The notes under the pieces were generated by a model that worked only from the letters and a program-made list of their open reading frames with translations, made no database searches and was not told where the DNA came from. From IMG/VR virus record IMGVR_UViG_3300021964_000012, positions 264,293 through 328,292 of that record: 64,000 bases of DNA; one strand, 5' to 3'. Made by a program: the position numbers and the translations under genes. Positions 9,166 through 17,609 of the stretch are shown here, one piece after another. Each line of letters starts with the position of its first letter. Position 1 is the first letter of the stretch.

Positions 9166-12100
9166 TTACGTTACCGCAGCCGAGCTTGCTACGTTACCAG
9201 CTGCAATTTCGCCTGTGTTCTTAATTCTTACAGGTATGAAGATAAATTCAACTGCTTTAACTGGCTCGATAGCAACATCAACATATAATTCGTTGGCGTC
9301 TATTCTAGCTGGTGTGTTGTTAGAAGTATCACAAACTACCAAATAGTCATATATACCACGTTTTGCTACTAAATCAATCATCAAGCTCTCAATTGCATTT
9401 TTGATTTCATCTCTTGTGGTGGTATCGTTTGGCTCAAAAACAAAGTTCTTACCAATTGTTTCTAGTCTACCTCTGATAAATGCTACAAGTCTTGCAACGT
9501 TTATTCTATCAAGTGAACTACCAGTAAATGTTGTTTTGTTACCATAGTTAAGTATACCTGATCCAGGAATAAAAGTAATTGGATTTATACTGTTTTCATA
9601 TAGTGTATCTCTCAAACCTTGTCTTACCGCAGTTTGAACAAACTCACCTGTTTGAGCATTTACATATCCAATTTGACTTGCATTATCAACAGTACCACGT
9701 CGTGTACCTGCAGGTGCTAACCAAGGAAATGCTACATCGTCTGAACGTATCACAGTTCTCAGTATCATGTGTGTTGCTGGTGCAACAACTGTTTGTCCAG
9801 ATAAGTCTGTAGTTTGACAACTTGGATAAAACACACCAAAATATGGATCAGCAGTAGTCAGTCCATCACCATTGGCATTTGTTGCCCAATTAGTGATAGC
9901 AGTTCCTGTGTCTTCTAAACGCATAGGTGTATCACTTAGAACAAATCCAGTATTGTTACGCTCATTGTTTAGTGCTACAAGGTTGTTTGCTAATTCTTCA
10001 TAGTTTGGAGCACATAATAGATTAAAGATCTTTTGCTCTTCACGTAATTCTTGTGCGCCATCAACACTTGCTTTTAATGCTTGTACAACAAGTGCTCTCA
10101 CTGCTTTTCTACCTGCAAACATAGCACCATTTGATTGTAAGCCACTTGCTGTTACCCAAGCGTCTTTCACAGTTGGTAATGCACCATATGTAGAAAATGG
10201 AAAGTCCGAAGAATTAAAATAATCTACTTGAAAGCTCTTAACATTAAATCCACTACGTCTTGTGTTGTATAACAACATGCCAGTTGGATAAAGTGTAGGA
10301 TTTGGTTTATCAAGATCTACATAGTTACTGGTTAGTAGAGATTCAATTGTTGGAAGATCATCTGTTATAGGATCTGTAGTGCCATTTCCAGCCCAACGTG
10401 CATCTGCAAAAAGCACACCATTTTGTCCAGTTTGATCTGAGTTATCAATTAATACCCATTGATCAACTGAATCAACACTTTGCCATCTATAAATTAAAGG
10501 CCAGTTATCGAGATCAGCCGTTGAAATCCATAAGTCACCATATACCAATGCAGTATCGTCACTTTGTTTTGTTGGAGCAGTTGAACTTATAATTGGACCA
10601 GCTGGTGAAGTTGTACTTAGGTCAAAACCTCTAGCATCGCTAGTAACATTTTGATAGCCTTTCCAAGTTCCACCATCCTGTATCATTATATCTACTGGAT
10701 TAGTATCACTGTAATACCAATATGTTCCATCTGCTGGATCAATGCTTGGTGCAGTTGAACTAGCAGTATATCTTGGTGTAAGTCCAAATCCTAATGGAAT
10801 CCAGTTACTTAGGATTACATTATTATCGCTACCTGTTCTAACTTGACCTGTGGTAACCGATGTGCTGATTCCTGCATCTGCAACTGGTGTACCACTTATG
10901 TCTTTAAGCACAATTACACCACCTTCGGTGTGTTCAATTTGAACTGCACCTGTGGACAACACTCTTGCAGTTGTGTTTGCTACATCAGCGGCAGTAAATG
11001 CAGTAACAAAGTCGGTTGCACTTGTTCCACCTAATGTTGCAGTAACCGCAGTAGTAAGAGTATCACTATTTTTAGCACTTGCTTGAATTGTAAATGTTTC
11101 AAGATTGGTAAATGTCGGAGTTGTTGTTGTTCCAGTAACAAGAGTTGCTCCTGTAGTGTAACGACTAAAAAACTTTGCCTCAAATATATCTTGTTCAGCT
11201 CTGTCATACTGTGTATATAAAGAACCTGTTACAATATTTGTTCCACCGCCTGCTGGATCTAATGCTTTTAATGCACTCTGATCATTTGCATAAATTGGGT
11301 TGTTAATTGTTGTGAATGAGTCTGTTGCTGCTGCATACTCTTTAATAACATAGTTTGCACCAAGATTCACATTGTTTGTTTTAAACCAAATTGAACCTGT
11401 TGGATGAGGCTCTGTGTCAAAGCTCTGCCATTGCGGGTTGCTGTAGTTTGGTCCAAAATGCACAACTGGTGCATAATAAGGCTTATCACCTCTTGAAGTA
11501 CTTGTTGCAATTCCAACTTCAGTCAACAATGTTGAGTTGTTTCCATCGTCTATCATTGCAATACCATTGCCATCGTCAGTAGAACCATCATTGGCTGCAG
11601 TACTGTCTGCATATATTTCTAATTTGTTATCAGAACTTACAATAGCAGATATACCTGTTATTGAAGCAGTGTTTATGTCACTTGCAAGTGATGTTAATGT
11701 TGTTCCTGATGCAGTAATAGTTGTATCATTGATTACCATGCTATTACCAGCAGTTATTGTTGGATTAGTAGCAGTACCAATTACTGTTGGCCAGGAATTT
11801 TTCCAACTATCACTTCCAACAAGCACCCATGAATTAGCAGTAACACTAGCGGCACTATTTCCTGGAGACTTAAAGTACAATGGATTGTTTGAATTTGTTG
11901 TGTTTATTGCATAATCACCGATACTACCAATTGAATCAAGTGGTACACCAGCTGATGTACCGCCGACTAAATCTGCTACATTTGTTATTACAGTTGGCAC
12001 TTTGTTTGTAAAAACATTTGTAGTTGACGACCATTCAAAAGCACCATATGCACTTACACCTGTATCAAACCAATATGCACCATCTGCTGGATCGCCAGTA

Positions 12101-12477
12101 GGTCTTGTTGTAGTAGCAGTAAGTTGACTTAGATCAATGTCTGCTCTTTGTACATAAGCTCTGTTGCTGATACCAAGTGCTGAATAAGCAGCCAATAAAC
12201 CGTATTCGTTTAGTTCGTAGCCATTTATACTTGTTCCTGCGGCTGTGCTATAAAAGAATGGAGTACCAAATGTTGCTGATAAATCTCTTTGTGATGTAAT
12301 CAAGTATGGTTTATTTGCATTTGCTGCGGTTGTTCCTGCAGCTACTCCTACGCCTGCTCCACTTACTTTATTTTGAGCAGTTGCTATCAAAATAAAAGGG
12401 ACTGAATTCGTTGCGGCTGGTAGATAGTTACTTTCATCTATTATAGTGACTTCTACGCCTGGTGATGTTAGTGCCAT
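9166..12477 (-). CDS. gp18: Tail sheath protein with large internal insertion
   Basis: N-terminal SPGVEVTIIDES; C-terminal PWLAPAGTRRG, LYENSINPI, LDRINVARL, FVFEPND, IEPVKAVEFIFI. Confidence 0.95.
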   Translation of the reverse strand: MALTSPGVEVTIIDESNYLPAATNSVPFILIATAQNKVSGAGVGVAAGTTAANANKPYLITSQRDLSATFGTPFFYSTAAGTSINGYELNEYGLLAAYSALGISNRAYVQRADIDLSQLTATTTRPTGDPADGAYWFDTGVSAYGAFEWSSTTNVFTNKVPTVITNVADLVGGTSAGVPLDSIGSIGDYAINTTNSNNPLYFKSPGNSAASVTANSWVLVGSDSWKNSWPTVIGTATNPTITAGNSMVINDTTITASGTTLTSLASDINTASITGISAIVSSDNKLEIYADSTAANDGSTDDGNGIAMIDDGNNSTLLTEVGIATSTSRGDKPYYAPVVHFGPNYSNPQWQSFDTEPHPTGSIWFKTNNVNLGANYVIKEYAAATDSFTTINNPIYANDQSALKALDPAGGGTNIVTGSLYTQYDRAEQDIFEAKFFSRYTTGATLVTGTTTTPTFTNLETFTIQASAKNSDTLTTAVTATLGGTSATDFVTAFTAADVANTTARVLSTGAVQIEHTEGGVIVLKDISGTPVADAGISTSVTTGQVRTGSDNNVILSNWIPLGFGLTPRYTASSTAPSIDPADGTYWYYSDTNPVDIMIQDGGTWKGYQNVTSDARGFDLSTTSPAGPIISSTAPTKQSDDTALVYGDLWISTADLDNWPLIYRWQSVDSVDQWVLIDNSDQTGQNGVLFADARWAGNGTTDPITDDLPTIESLLTSNYVDLDKPNPTLYPTGMLLYNTRRSGFNVKSFQVDYFNSSDFPFSTYGALPTVKDAWVTASGLQSNGAMFAGRKAVRALVVQALKASVDGAQELREEQKIFNLLCAPNYEELANNLVALNNERNNTGFVLSDTPMRLEDTGTAITNWATNANGDGLTTADPYFGVFYPSCQTTDLSGQTVVAPATHMILRTVIRSDDVAFPWLAPAGTRRGTVDNASQIGYVNAQTGEFVQTAVRQGLRDTLYENSINPITFIPGSGILNYGNKTTFTGSSLDRINVARLVAFIRGRLETIGKNFVFEPNDTTTRDEIKNAIESLMIDLVAKRGIYDYLVVCDTSNNTPARIDANELYVDVAIEPVKAVEFIFIPVRIKNTGEIAAGNVASSAAVT

Positions 12478-12513
12478 GTTTTCACTTCCTCTGTGTTAAA
12501 ATCTTCTTACTGA

Positions 12514-12521
12514 TATTTATA
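12514..12521 (-). promoter_or_regulatory. T4-type late promoter TATAAATA for the sheath operon
   Basis: Exact T4 late consensus upstream of gp18; near-identical ATAAATA boxes precede minus-strand genes at about 253, 9102, 15259, 24227, 30239, 34981, 37787, 42051, 43833 and 46408. Confidence 0.85.
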
Positions 12522-12585
12522 AGAATATCAATTTTCTTGCCTGATATACTGCCCTTTGCAAAGGTTTACATTGCTAAATACCCGT

Positions 12586-12930
12586 ATGAATAGACCTATT
12601 TGTAGTGCTTGTAACCGTCGATTAGTCGCAGTTAACTATATCAAAGAAAACAAAACGCACTATCGCACAAGATGTGACAGTTGTATTAGACGAAAAAGAA
12701 AGGCTCAGCCAATAACTCCTCGTTGGATGAGAAATGGTTTTAAGAAAAAAACAAATTGCGATAGATGTGGCTTCTATGCAAAAAGCGGAGCACAGATTTT
12801 GGTATTTCATATGGATGGAGATTTGAATAACTGTGACTTAACAAATCTAAGGAATGTCTGTTTAAACTGTAGTGTTGAGATTACAAAACTAGAACTACCT
12901 TGGCGTATTGGAGATTTGGTCGAGGACTAG
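12586..12930 (+). CDS. Zn-binding HNH-like protein
   Basis: Start at ATG 12586; four CxxC motifs; HMDGDLNNCDLTNLRNVCLNC resembles the HNH motif. Confidence 0.7.
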   Translation: MNRPICSACNRRLVAVNYIKENKTHYRTRCDSCIRRKRKAQPITPRWMRNGFKKKTNCDRCGFYAKSGAQILVFHMDGDLNNCDLTNLRNVCLNCSVEITKLELPWRIGDLVED

Positions 12931-13518
12931 ACTTTTTAAATCATCTACGGTACTATCATTGTGTAAGATAGTATCAAATCTAGTATTCACATCAATCCAT
13001 TTGTACTCACTTTCGTGTACATCAATACCACTCATTAGATTGCTTGTTTTAGGATTATTATTATCAAAAATAGCTCTGGCAAACCACTCAGGATCTTTGC
13101 CTCTTTTTACTTGCCAAATTTTGCCGCCAAGTTTGCGTATCATATTTTGCTCGTTACGAAAACGCACATCAGGCACTATATAATCTCCTGGATGGTCTAT
13201 CAAATATTTTTTTAAAAGACTTACCCATACGCCATTGTAAAACCCGTCTCGCATACATTCAGTACCAAATTCTTGTAGCACTATACGAGGTGTAATTGTT
13301 CTGCCTGTTTCAGCAGTCCAAAATTCGTCTGCTTGTTCACGCCACTGACGACTTTCTTCGGTATCGCCTTCCAGCATTGCTCTATCCCAGCCAAAGATAG
13401 TGGCTACACCATCTTTTAGTTTATCAGCAAAACTAATTTTTTTGTATCCTTGCTCTACCAGTATATCAGCAACTGTTCCTTTGCCAGAACCAATTAATCC
13501 GCATATTCCTATTATCAT
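12895..13518 (-). CDS. gp1: Deoxynucleoside monophosphate kinase
   Basis: P-loop GLIGSGKGT, SFADKLK, TPRIVLQEFGTE, DVRFRNE, HESE. Confidence 0.9.
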   Translation of the reverse strand: MIIGICGLIGSGKGTVADILVEQGYKKISFADKLKDGVATIFGWDRAMLEGDTEESRQWREQADEFWTAETGRTITPRIVLQEFGTECMRDGFYNGVWVSLLKKYLIDHPGDYIVPDVRFRNEQNMIRKLGGKIWQVKRGKDPEWFARAIFDNNNPKTSNLMSGIDVHESEYKWIDVNTRFDTILHNDSTVDDLKSLVLDQISNTPR

Positions 13519-14036
13519 TTAAGTCCAGTAACTTTTAGATGTTTTATTGTTTGTTGTAGCAAATCTATTTGTCTTCTACAATCTTCGAGTGCATGATGAC
13601 TTGCACGTGGCTTCGGCAAATCTGGGTACAAACTATATACAGTTCGTGCATCTCTGACATTCCAAAATTGCCACGGTATAGGCAAGCCTAATTGTTTCAT
13701 TGCGTTTTCTAGTATAACCATATCAAATGTTGTACCATTTGCCCATGTGAGATTGCAGTGAAAACATATCTTGCTTAGTTCTTCTAATGCCTGTTTTAGT
13801 GGTATTCTACCTTCTTCTGAGAATGCTTCATTTTGTGCTTCTTGTGGCTGAGTTGCCCACCATTCTACTGTGGCATCATCAACTTCTCTGTCAGGTTGAC
13901 TGTCAACATCAACTCTTGCATAGTAATCTTGTTTATGGTAACCTATACTGAAAGGATCAAAGGTTTGTGCGGCTATTGTAAGAATACAAGCATCTGGACC
14001 TGTACCTACAGTTTCTATATCAATCATAATATCCAT
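13515..14036 (-). CDS. DEDDh 3'-5' exonuclease (Rv2179c/DexA-like)
   Basis: MIDIET, WANGTTFD, RDART, HHALEDC. Confidence 0.85.
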   Translation of the reverse strand: MDIMIDIETVGTGPDACILTIAAQTFDPFSIGYHKQDYYARVDVDSQPDREVDDATVEWWATQPQEAQNEAFSEEGRIPLKQALEELSKICFHCNLTWANGTTFDMVILENAMKQLGLPIPWQFWNVRDARTVYSLYPDLPKPRASHHALEDCRRQIDLLQQTIKHLKVTGLK

Positions 14037-14042
14037 ACTATC

Positions 14043-14070
14043 ATTATAACAGTGAATGAAACTATGTCAA
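14043..14070 (-). promoter_or_regulatory. Sigma70-type promoter TTGACA-16-TATAAT (extended -10)
   Basis: Perfect hexamers at 14065-14070 and 14043-14048; TGn before the -10. Confidence 0.8.
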
Positions 14071-14071
14071 C

Positions 14072-14467
14072 CTATTTTCTTGGTTTTACTGTTTTCTTTG
14101 TACCTACTGTGCCTTTAAGACTCGTTTTTGGCGGTTTGTATGCTTTTTGTACTTTTCCACCTGATGATACTGTTTGCTTACGTATTTTATTAAGCATACC
14201 TAACAGTTTACTTGCTGGATTTACACGTTTTGTTTTTTTGGCTTTGCGAGCAGCCTGTTTGCTTTTGGTTTTACGAGTCACTTTCATTTGTGCTCGGCGC
14301 TTTTGATCTATTGGTGCATCGCAATCTTTGGCATTGCCAACAACCCGTCCACGTCTTGCACCACTGGTACAACGCCATTTGGTTTTGAGCTTGTTGCCTT
14401 TTCGTGAGAACACCATTTCGTGCTCATTGACAATCTCAGGTTTGGAAACAAACTCCTCAACACGCAT
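14072..14467 (-). CDS. Basic Lys/Arg-rich hypothetical protein
   Basis: Start at ATG overlapping the gp13 stop (TAATG); 131 aa, strongly basic. Confidence 0.7.
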   Translation of the reverse strand: MRVEEFVSKPEIVNEHEMVFSRKGNKLKTKWRCTSGARRGRVVGNAKDCDAPIDQKRRAQMKVTRKTKSKQAARKAKKTKRVNPASKLLGMLNKIRKQTVSSGGKVQKAYKPPKTSLKGTVGTKKTVKPRK

Positions 14468-15240
14468 TAGCCAATTACCCAAGTAAGTGGTTGCGATCCA
14501 TCAACATAGTTTTTAAGTTCTTCAATCTTGGCATCCATAATAGCAGAACCTTCTGCTTTCATCTGTGCACCGTTCAAAGCAGTACCACCTTGCGGGCCTG
14601 CAATAGTAGCAAACTTTTCTCTAGCTTCTCCAATAATCAGTTTACAGTTTCCAATCATGTAGTCTTTTATCCACTGTGATGTAGAAAAGTCAGTTAATAG
14701 TTGTACCTCAGGACGTAGATTATAGCACCAAAGCAGAACTGTTTCTCCTGAACCTTTTATGTCACGCATTAGTGTAATTTGTTTTGTTGCACTATTGAAA
14801 TTGTAATTTAAAAAACCACCAAACATTTTTGCAGTTAGTTCTACATACTGACTATAAAAATCATAGGTAGCAAGACCACCCATCTGATTGCCATTAAGTA
14901 AATAGGTGTTTAGTGCCGCCGAACTAAAAGGTTCAAATGCTGATCCTTCTCCGCCATTGCTAAATCCAATTGTACGTCGAAACACCTGCCTAACGGTCAT
15001 GATTTCGCTTGGCAATGTGTATATGTTTGTGTCTTCTCTAAGAGTGAGAAAATTATAACTTTCTTCAAATGCATTTTCTGCCCTTTGTCGATAGACACCA
15101 ATAGCTCTTTGATAAGCACTTTCATAATGACTTGCATCAAGTTCAGTATCAATTATGCCTTCGCCTAATTGTAACTTGATGTAATCAAATACTTCTTGCT
15201 TTTTTGTTTCTAATGTTTGATCAAGTGTTTCAGTTGCCAT
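14467..15240 (-). CDS. gp13: Neck protein
   Basis: YIKLQLGEGIIDTELD, WIKDY...K..IGEAREKF, LNGAQMKAEG. Confidence 0.85.
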   Translation of the reverse strand: MATETLDQTLETKKQEVFDYIKLQLGEGIIDTELDASHYESAYQRAIGVYRQRAENAFEESYNFLTLREDTNIYTLPSEIMTVRQVFRRTIGFSNGGEGSAFEPFSSAALNTYLLNGNQMGGLATYDFYSQYVELTAKMFGGFLNYNFNSATKQITLMRDIKGSGETVLLWCYNLRPEVQLLTDFSTSQWIKDYMIGNCKLIIGEAREKFATIAGPQGGTALNGAQMKAEGSAIMDAKIEELKNYVDGSQPLTWVIG

Positions 15241-15270
15241 AATACCATCCTATGACAGTATTTATGCGGA

Positions 15271-16533
15271 TCACCAGGCCTTTAGTATAACCACATGCTC
15301 GTTGCCTCTACCATTGTATTTTATTTCAGTGGCTTTTATATTGGCAAATTGTTTTCTGTTGTTAGGTTTTCCAGCATTCATAAGTTCTTTTAATTGTTCT
15401 GCTGGTTTACGCAGTGTTTTTTGTACACTTTTGTTTGGATCAAAACCAATCACACTATTGCTTTTAATGCTGTAGGTCTTGATTGTTTCGTCAGCAATGA
15501 CATATATTAGTTTACGTGTTTTAGTATTGTAAAGCCATGCTTCAGAACCGTGAACTAATTTTTCTGGCGAAACACTAGTCAGTTCAAGCTCATCAAAACG
15601 TCTAAGATACTTGAACTTACGTACTAATTGTGCAGGTGTTTTTTGTTTGGCAACTCTAGGAGCTCTATCTGCTTTTTTAACCTGTACATAACTTGCACAG
15701 TCAGCAACTGCACGTTCTAAAAACTTTTGCATTGCACGTATCTGTAACTTGCCTAAATGGCTATATCCTTCTTCTAGTTGTGCTATCATATCAAGTTCTT
15801 GTTCTGACATTTTAGCCTGTTCTTTTTTACTAGGCGGGTTCATAAGTTCATTGATTTCACTAAGTTGTGCTTTGAGTGGATCAGCAATAATATCTATTGT
15901 TTGCGGCGGACATCCTTCATCACGTAACAATTTCATAAGACTGTACTTATCAGGATCCTTACAGTCGTTTGCCATAAACTGATCAACCAGTTCATGCACT
16001 GCACCTTCGATATCCATTGTTTTATCACGCATGTTTTCTTGTATGGTTTTGCGTTCGACTTTTGGTTTTGTATTATCTACAACAAGTTTTGGTACAGGTG
16101 GTGTACGTTCTAGGGCTTGTGCAATAGTTTTTTTAACATAATCGCTAGTAGGATGTACATCACCAATTGTGCCTGGCAGTGTTTGCCAGTATGAGTCGTG
16201 CTCAGGATGTACGTCTGGCATACCTTGACGTAAACATCTTGCATAGATACTTGCATATACCATTCCATTGTGTCCATGACGTTTCATAGTAGCAATATCT
16301 TCTTTGCTGTAGTTGTTTTCTTTCATCCATGCTAACAGGTCTGGAAACAGTTCAACAGGCTTACGTTCTTGGTAATACCAATCAACTGAAACCATCTTGT
16401 GCTTATGGTAGGCTTGTCCGCTCATTTGCAATGCAGTTGACCAATCAGGGTCTAATGCTTTACTTCGTTGTTTTCTTACTACCGGCTTTTTCTTACGAGT
16501 GCCTGGCTTCATTAAACTTTTGCCTTTTGCCAT
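15271..16533 (-). CDS. Conserved-type phage hypothetical protein
   Basis: 420-aa ORF with AGGAG RBS and its own sigma70 promoter; C-terminal WLYNTKTRKL...QKTLRKP domain. Confidence 0.75.
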   Translation of the reverse strand: MAKGKSLMKPGTRKKKPVVRKQRSKALDPDWSTALQMSGQAYHKHKMVSVDWYYQERKPVELFPDLLAWMKENNYSKEDIATMKRHGHNGMVYASIYARCLRQGMPDVHPEHDSYWQTLPGTIGDVHPTSDYVKKTIAQALERTPPVPKLVVDNTKPKVERKTIQENMRDKTMDIEGAVHELVDQFMANDCKDPDKYSLMKLLRDEGCPPQTIDIIADPLKAQLSEINELMNPPSKKEQAKMSEQELDMIAQLEEGYSHLGKLQIRAMQKFLERAVADCASYVQVKKADRAPRVAKQKTPAQLVRKFKYLRRFDELELTSVSPEKLVHGSEAWLYNTKTRKLIYVIADETIKTYSIKSNSVIGFDPNKSVQKTLRKPAEQLKELMNAGKPNNRKQFANIKATEIKYNGRGNEHVVILKAW

Positions 16534-16564
16534 CGAATTCTCCTAAAGTTCTAACTGTTTACAG

Positions 16565-16592
16565 AGTATAACATGTATGTAGTTAGTGTCAA
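16565..16592 (-). promoter_or_regulatory. Sigma70-type promoter TTGACA-16-TATACT
   Basis: Hexamers at 16587-16592 and 16565-16570, with TGn extension. Confidence 0.75.
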
Positions 16593-16625
16593 CCACGATT
16601 ATTTTATTCTTTTCAAATAAAAAGG

Positions 16626-16653
16626 TTGACTTATACTGTGACTGTGTTATTAT
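16626..16653 (+). promoter_or_regulatory. Sigma70-type early promoter TTGACT-16-TATTAT
   Basis: AT-rich UP element, TGn extension; lies upstream of a small-ORF cluster. Confidence 0.75.
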
Positions 16654-16683
16654 GTATGTACAGTTAGAAAAAAGGAACAGTAT

Positions 16684-16911
16684 ATGAAGAAGAAAATACA
16701 AATTATTGGAATAGTAAAAGAAGATAGTGTTAATGTAGAATACGAAACTGGCAAGCACGATAGTATTAGTAGTGCAGAAGCTGAATTGCTTACTATGATG
16801 GACTACACAAAATCAGGTCCGTTTCCGGTTAATAATATCAAACTGGTAAAAACTATATACAACTTTGTAGAATGCTATGAAGATGAATTTAAGGATTGGA
16901 AGTATGCTTAA
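16684..16911 (+). CDS. Small early hypothetical protein
   Basis: 75 aa, AAGGA RBS, first gene after the early promoter. Confidence 0.7.
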   Translation: MKKKIQIIGIVKEDSVNVEYETGKHDSISSAEAELLTMMDYTKSGPFPVNNIKLVKTIYNFVECYEDEFKDWKYA

Positions 16912-17065
16912 TGAAACATTACAACTATACGAACGTCGTATAGACAACTGCTGGCAAGCCGCAGAATTTTGTGCTGATGGCACATGGGGTAGAGAATATT
17001 GGACTCAGAATGCAATGTATCTTCTTCGACAACTAAACCGTGAACTTAATGGAGAAAACAAATGA
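16904..17065 (+). CDS. Small early hypothetical protein
   Basis: ATG at 16904 overlaps the end of the previous gene; 53 aa. Confidence 0.6.
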   Translation: MLNETLQLYERRIDNCWQAAEFCADGTWGREYWTQNAMYLLRQLNRELNGENK

Positions 17066-17283
17066 AATTTATGTTGATTTCAATGATGTTAGCAAACCCA
17101 ATGGTATATGCTAACGAAAAAACCTGTAATGTTGCCGCTGATGCACTAAAAAATGTCGATATAGAAGCAGTGTGTATTCCAGCAGGAGAACAAGCAAAAA
17201 ATCCAGGCGATGCAATGCTAGAAGGTTTTATGAAGCTTATTGATCAAATGGAAAAAATGCATAATCAAAGTATGTCAAAATGA
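17062..17283 (+). CDS. Small hypothetical protein with hydrophobic N-terminus and two Cys
   Basis: GGAG RBS, ATGA overlap, 73 aa. Confidence 0.7.
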   Translation: MKFMLISMMLANPMVYANEKTCNVAADALKNVDIEAVCIPAGEQAKNPGDAMLEGFMKLIDQMEKMHNQSMSK

Positions 17284-17576
17284 ATGCTACTTTACTAGGA
17301 TTACAATTTGATACCAGCAAGTATCATAAAGGCATACAACTTGTATTAGACTTTAAGGATTATGAGTTGAGTGTTGTACAACATGACGGAAGTTATGGTG
17401 GCACTCAAGGTTTGTTTGAAATTATGGTAAGTGATGAAAATGGAGGAGTTGAACTTCCTGGTATCACAGAGCCAGGCGATACTGTTAAAGGCTGGTTGAC
17501 TTTAGAAGATGTTAGTTCTATATGCAAGAAGATGACTTCAATCACTGGCAACGATCCAGTGAAGGTTGCTATCTAG
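17280..17576 (+). CDS. Small phage hypothetical protein
   Basis: 98 aa; YELSVVQ...SYGG..GLFEI...VKGWLT pattern; ATGA overlap. Confidence 0.7.
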   Translation: MNATLLGLQFDTSKYHKGIQLVLDFKDYELSVVQHDGSYGGTQGLFEIMVSDENGGVELPGITEPGDTVKGWLTLEDVSSICKKMTSITGNDPVKVAI

Positions 17577-17579
17577 GAC

Positions 17580-17609
17580 CATAAATACAGTAATAAGGAT
17601 TACTGTATG
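17580..17609 (+). promoter_or_regulatory. Late promoter CATAAATA overlapping an RBS/start-sequestering hairpin
   Basis: 10-bp perfect stem 17585-17594/17599-17608 with AAGG loop; the ATG lies in the 3' arm. Confidence 0.75.
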
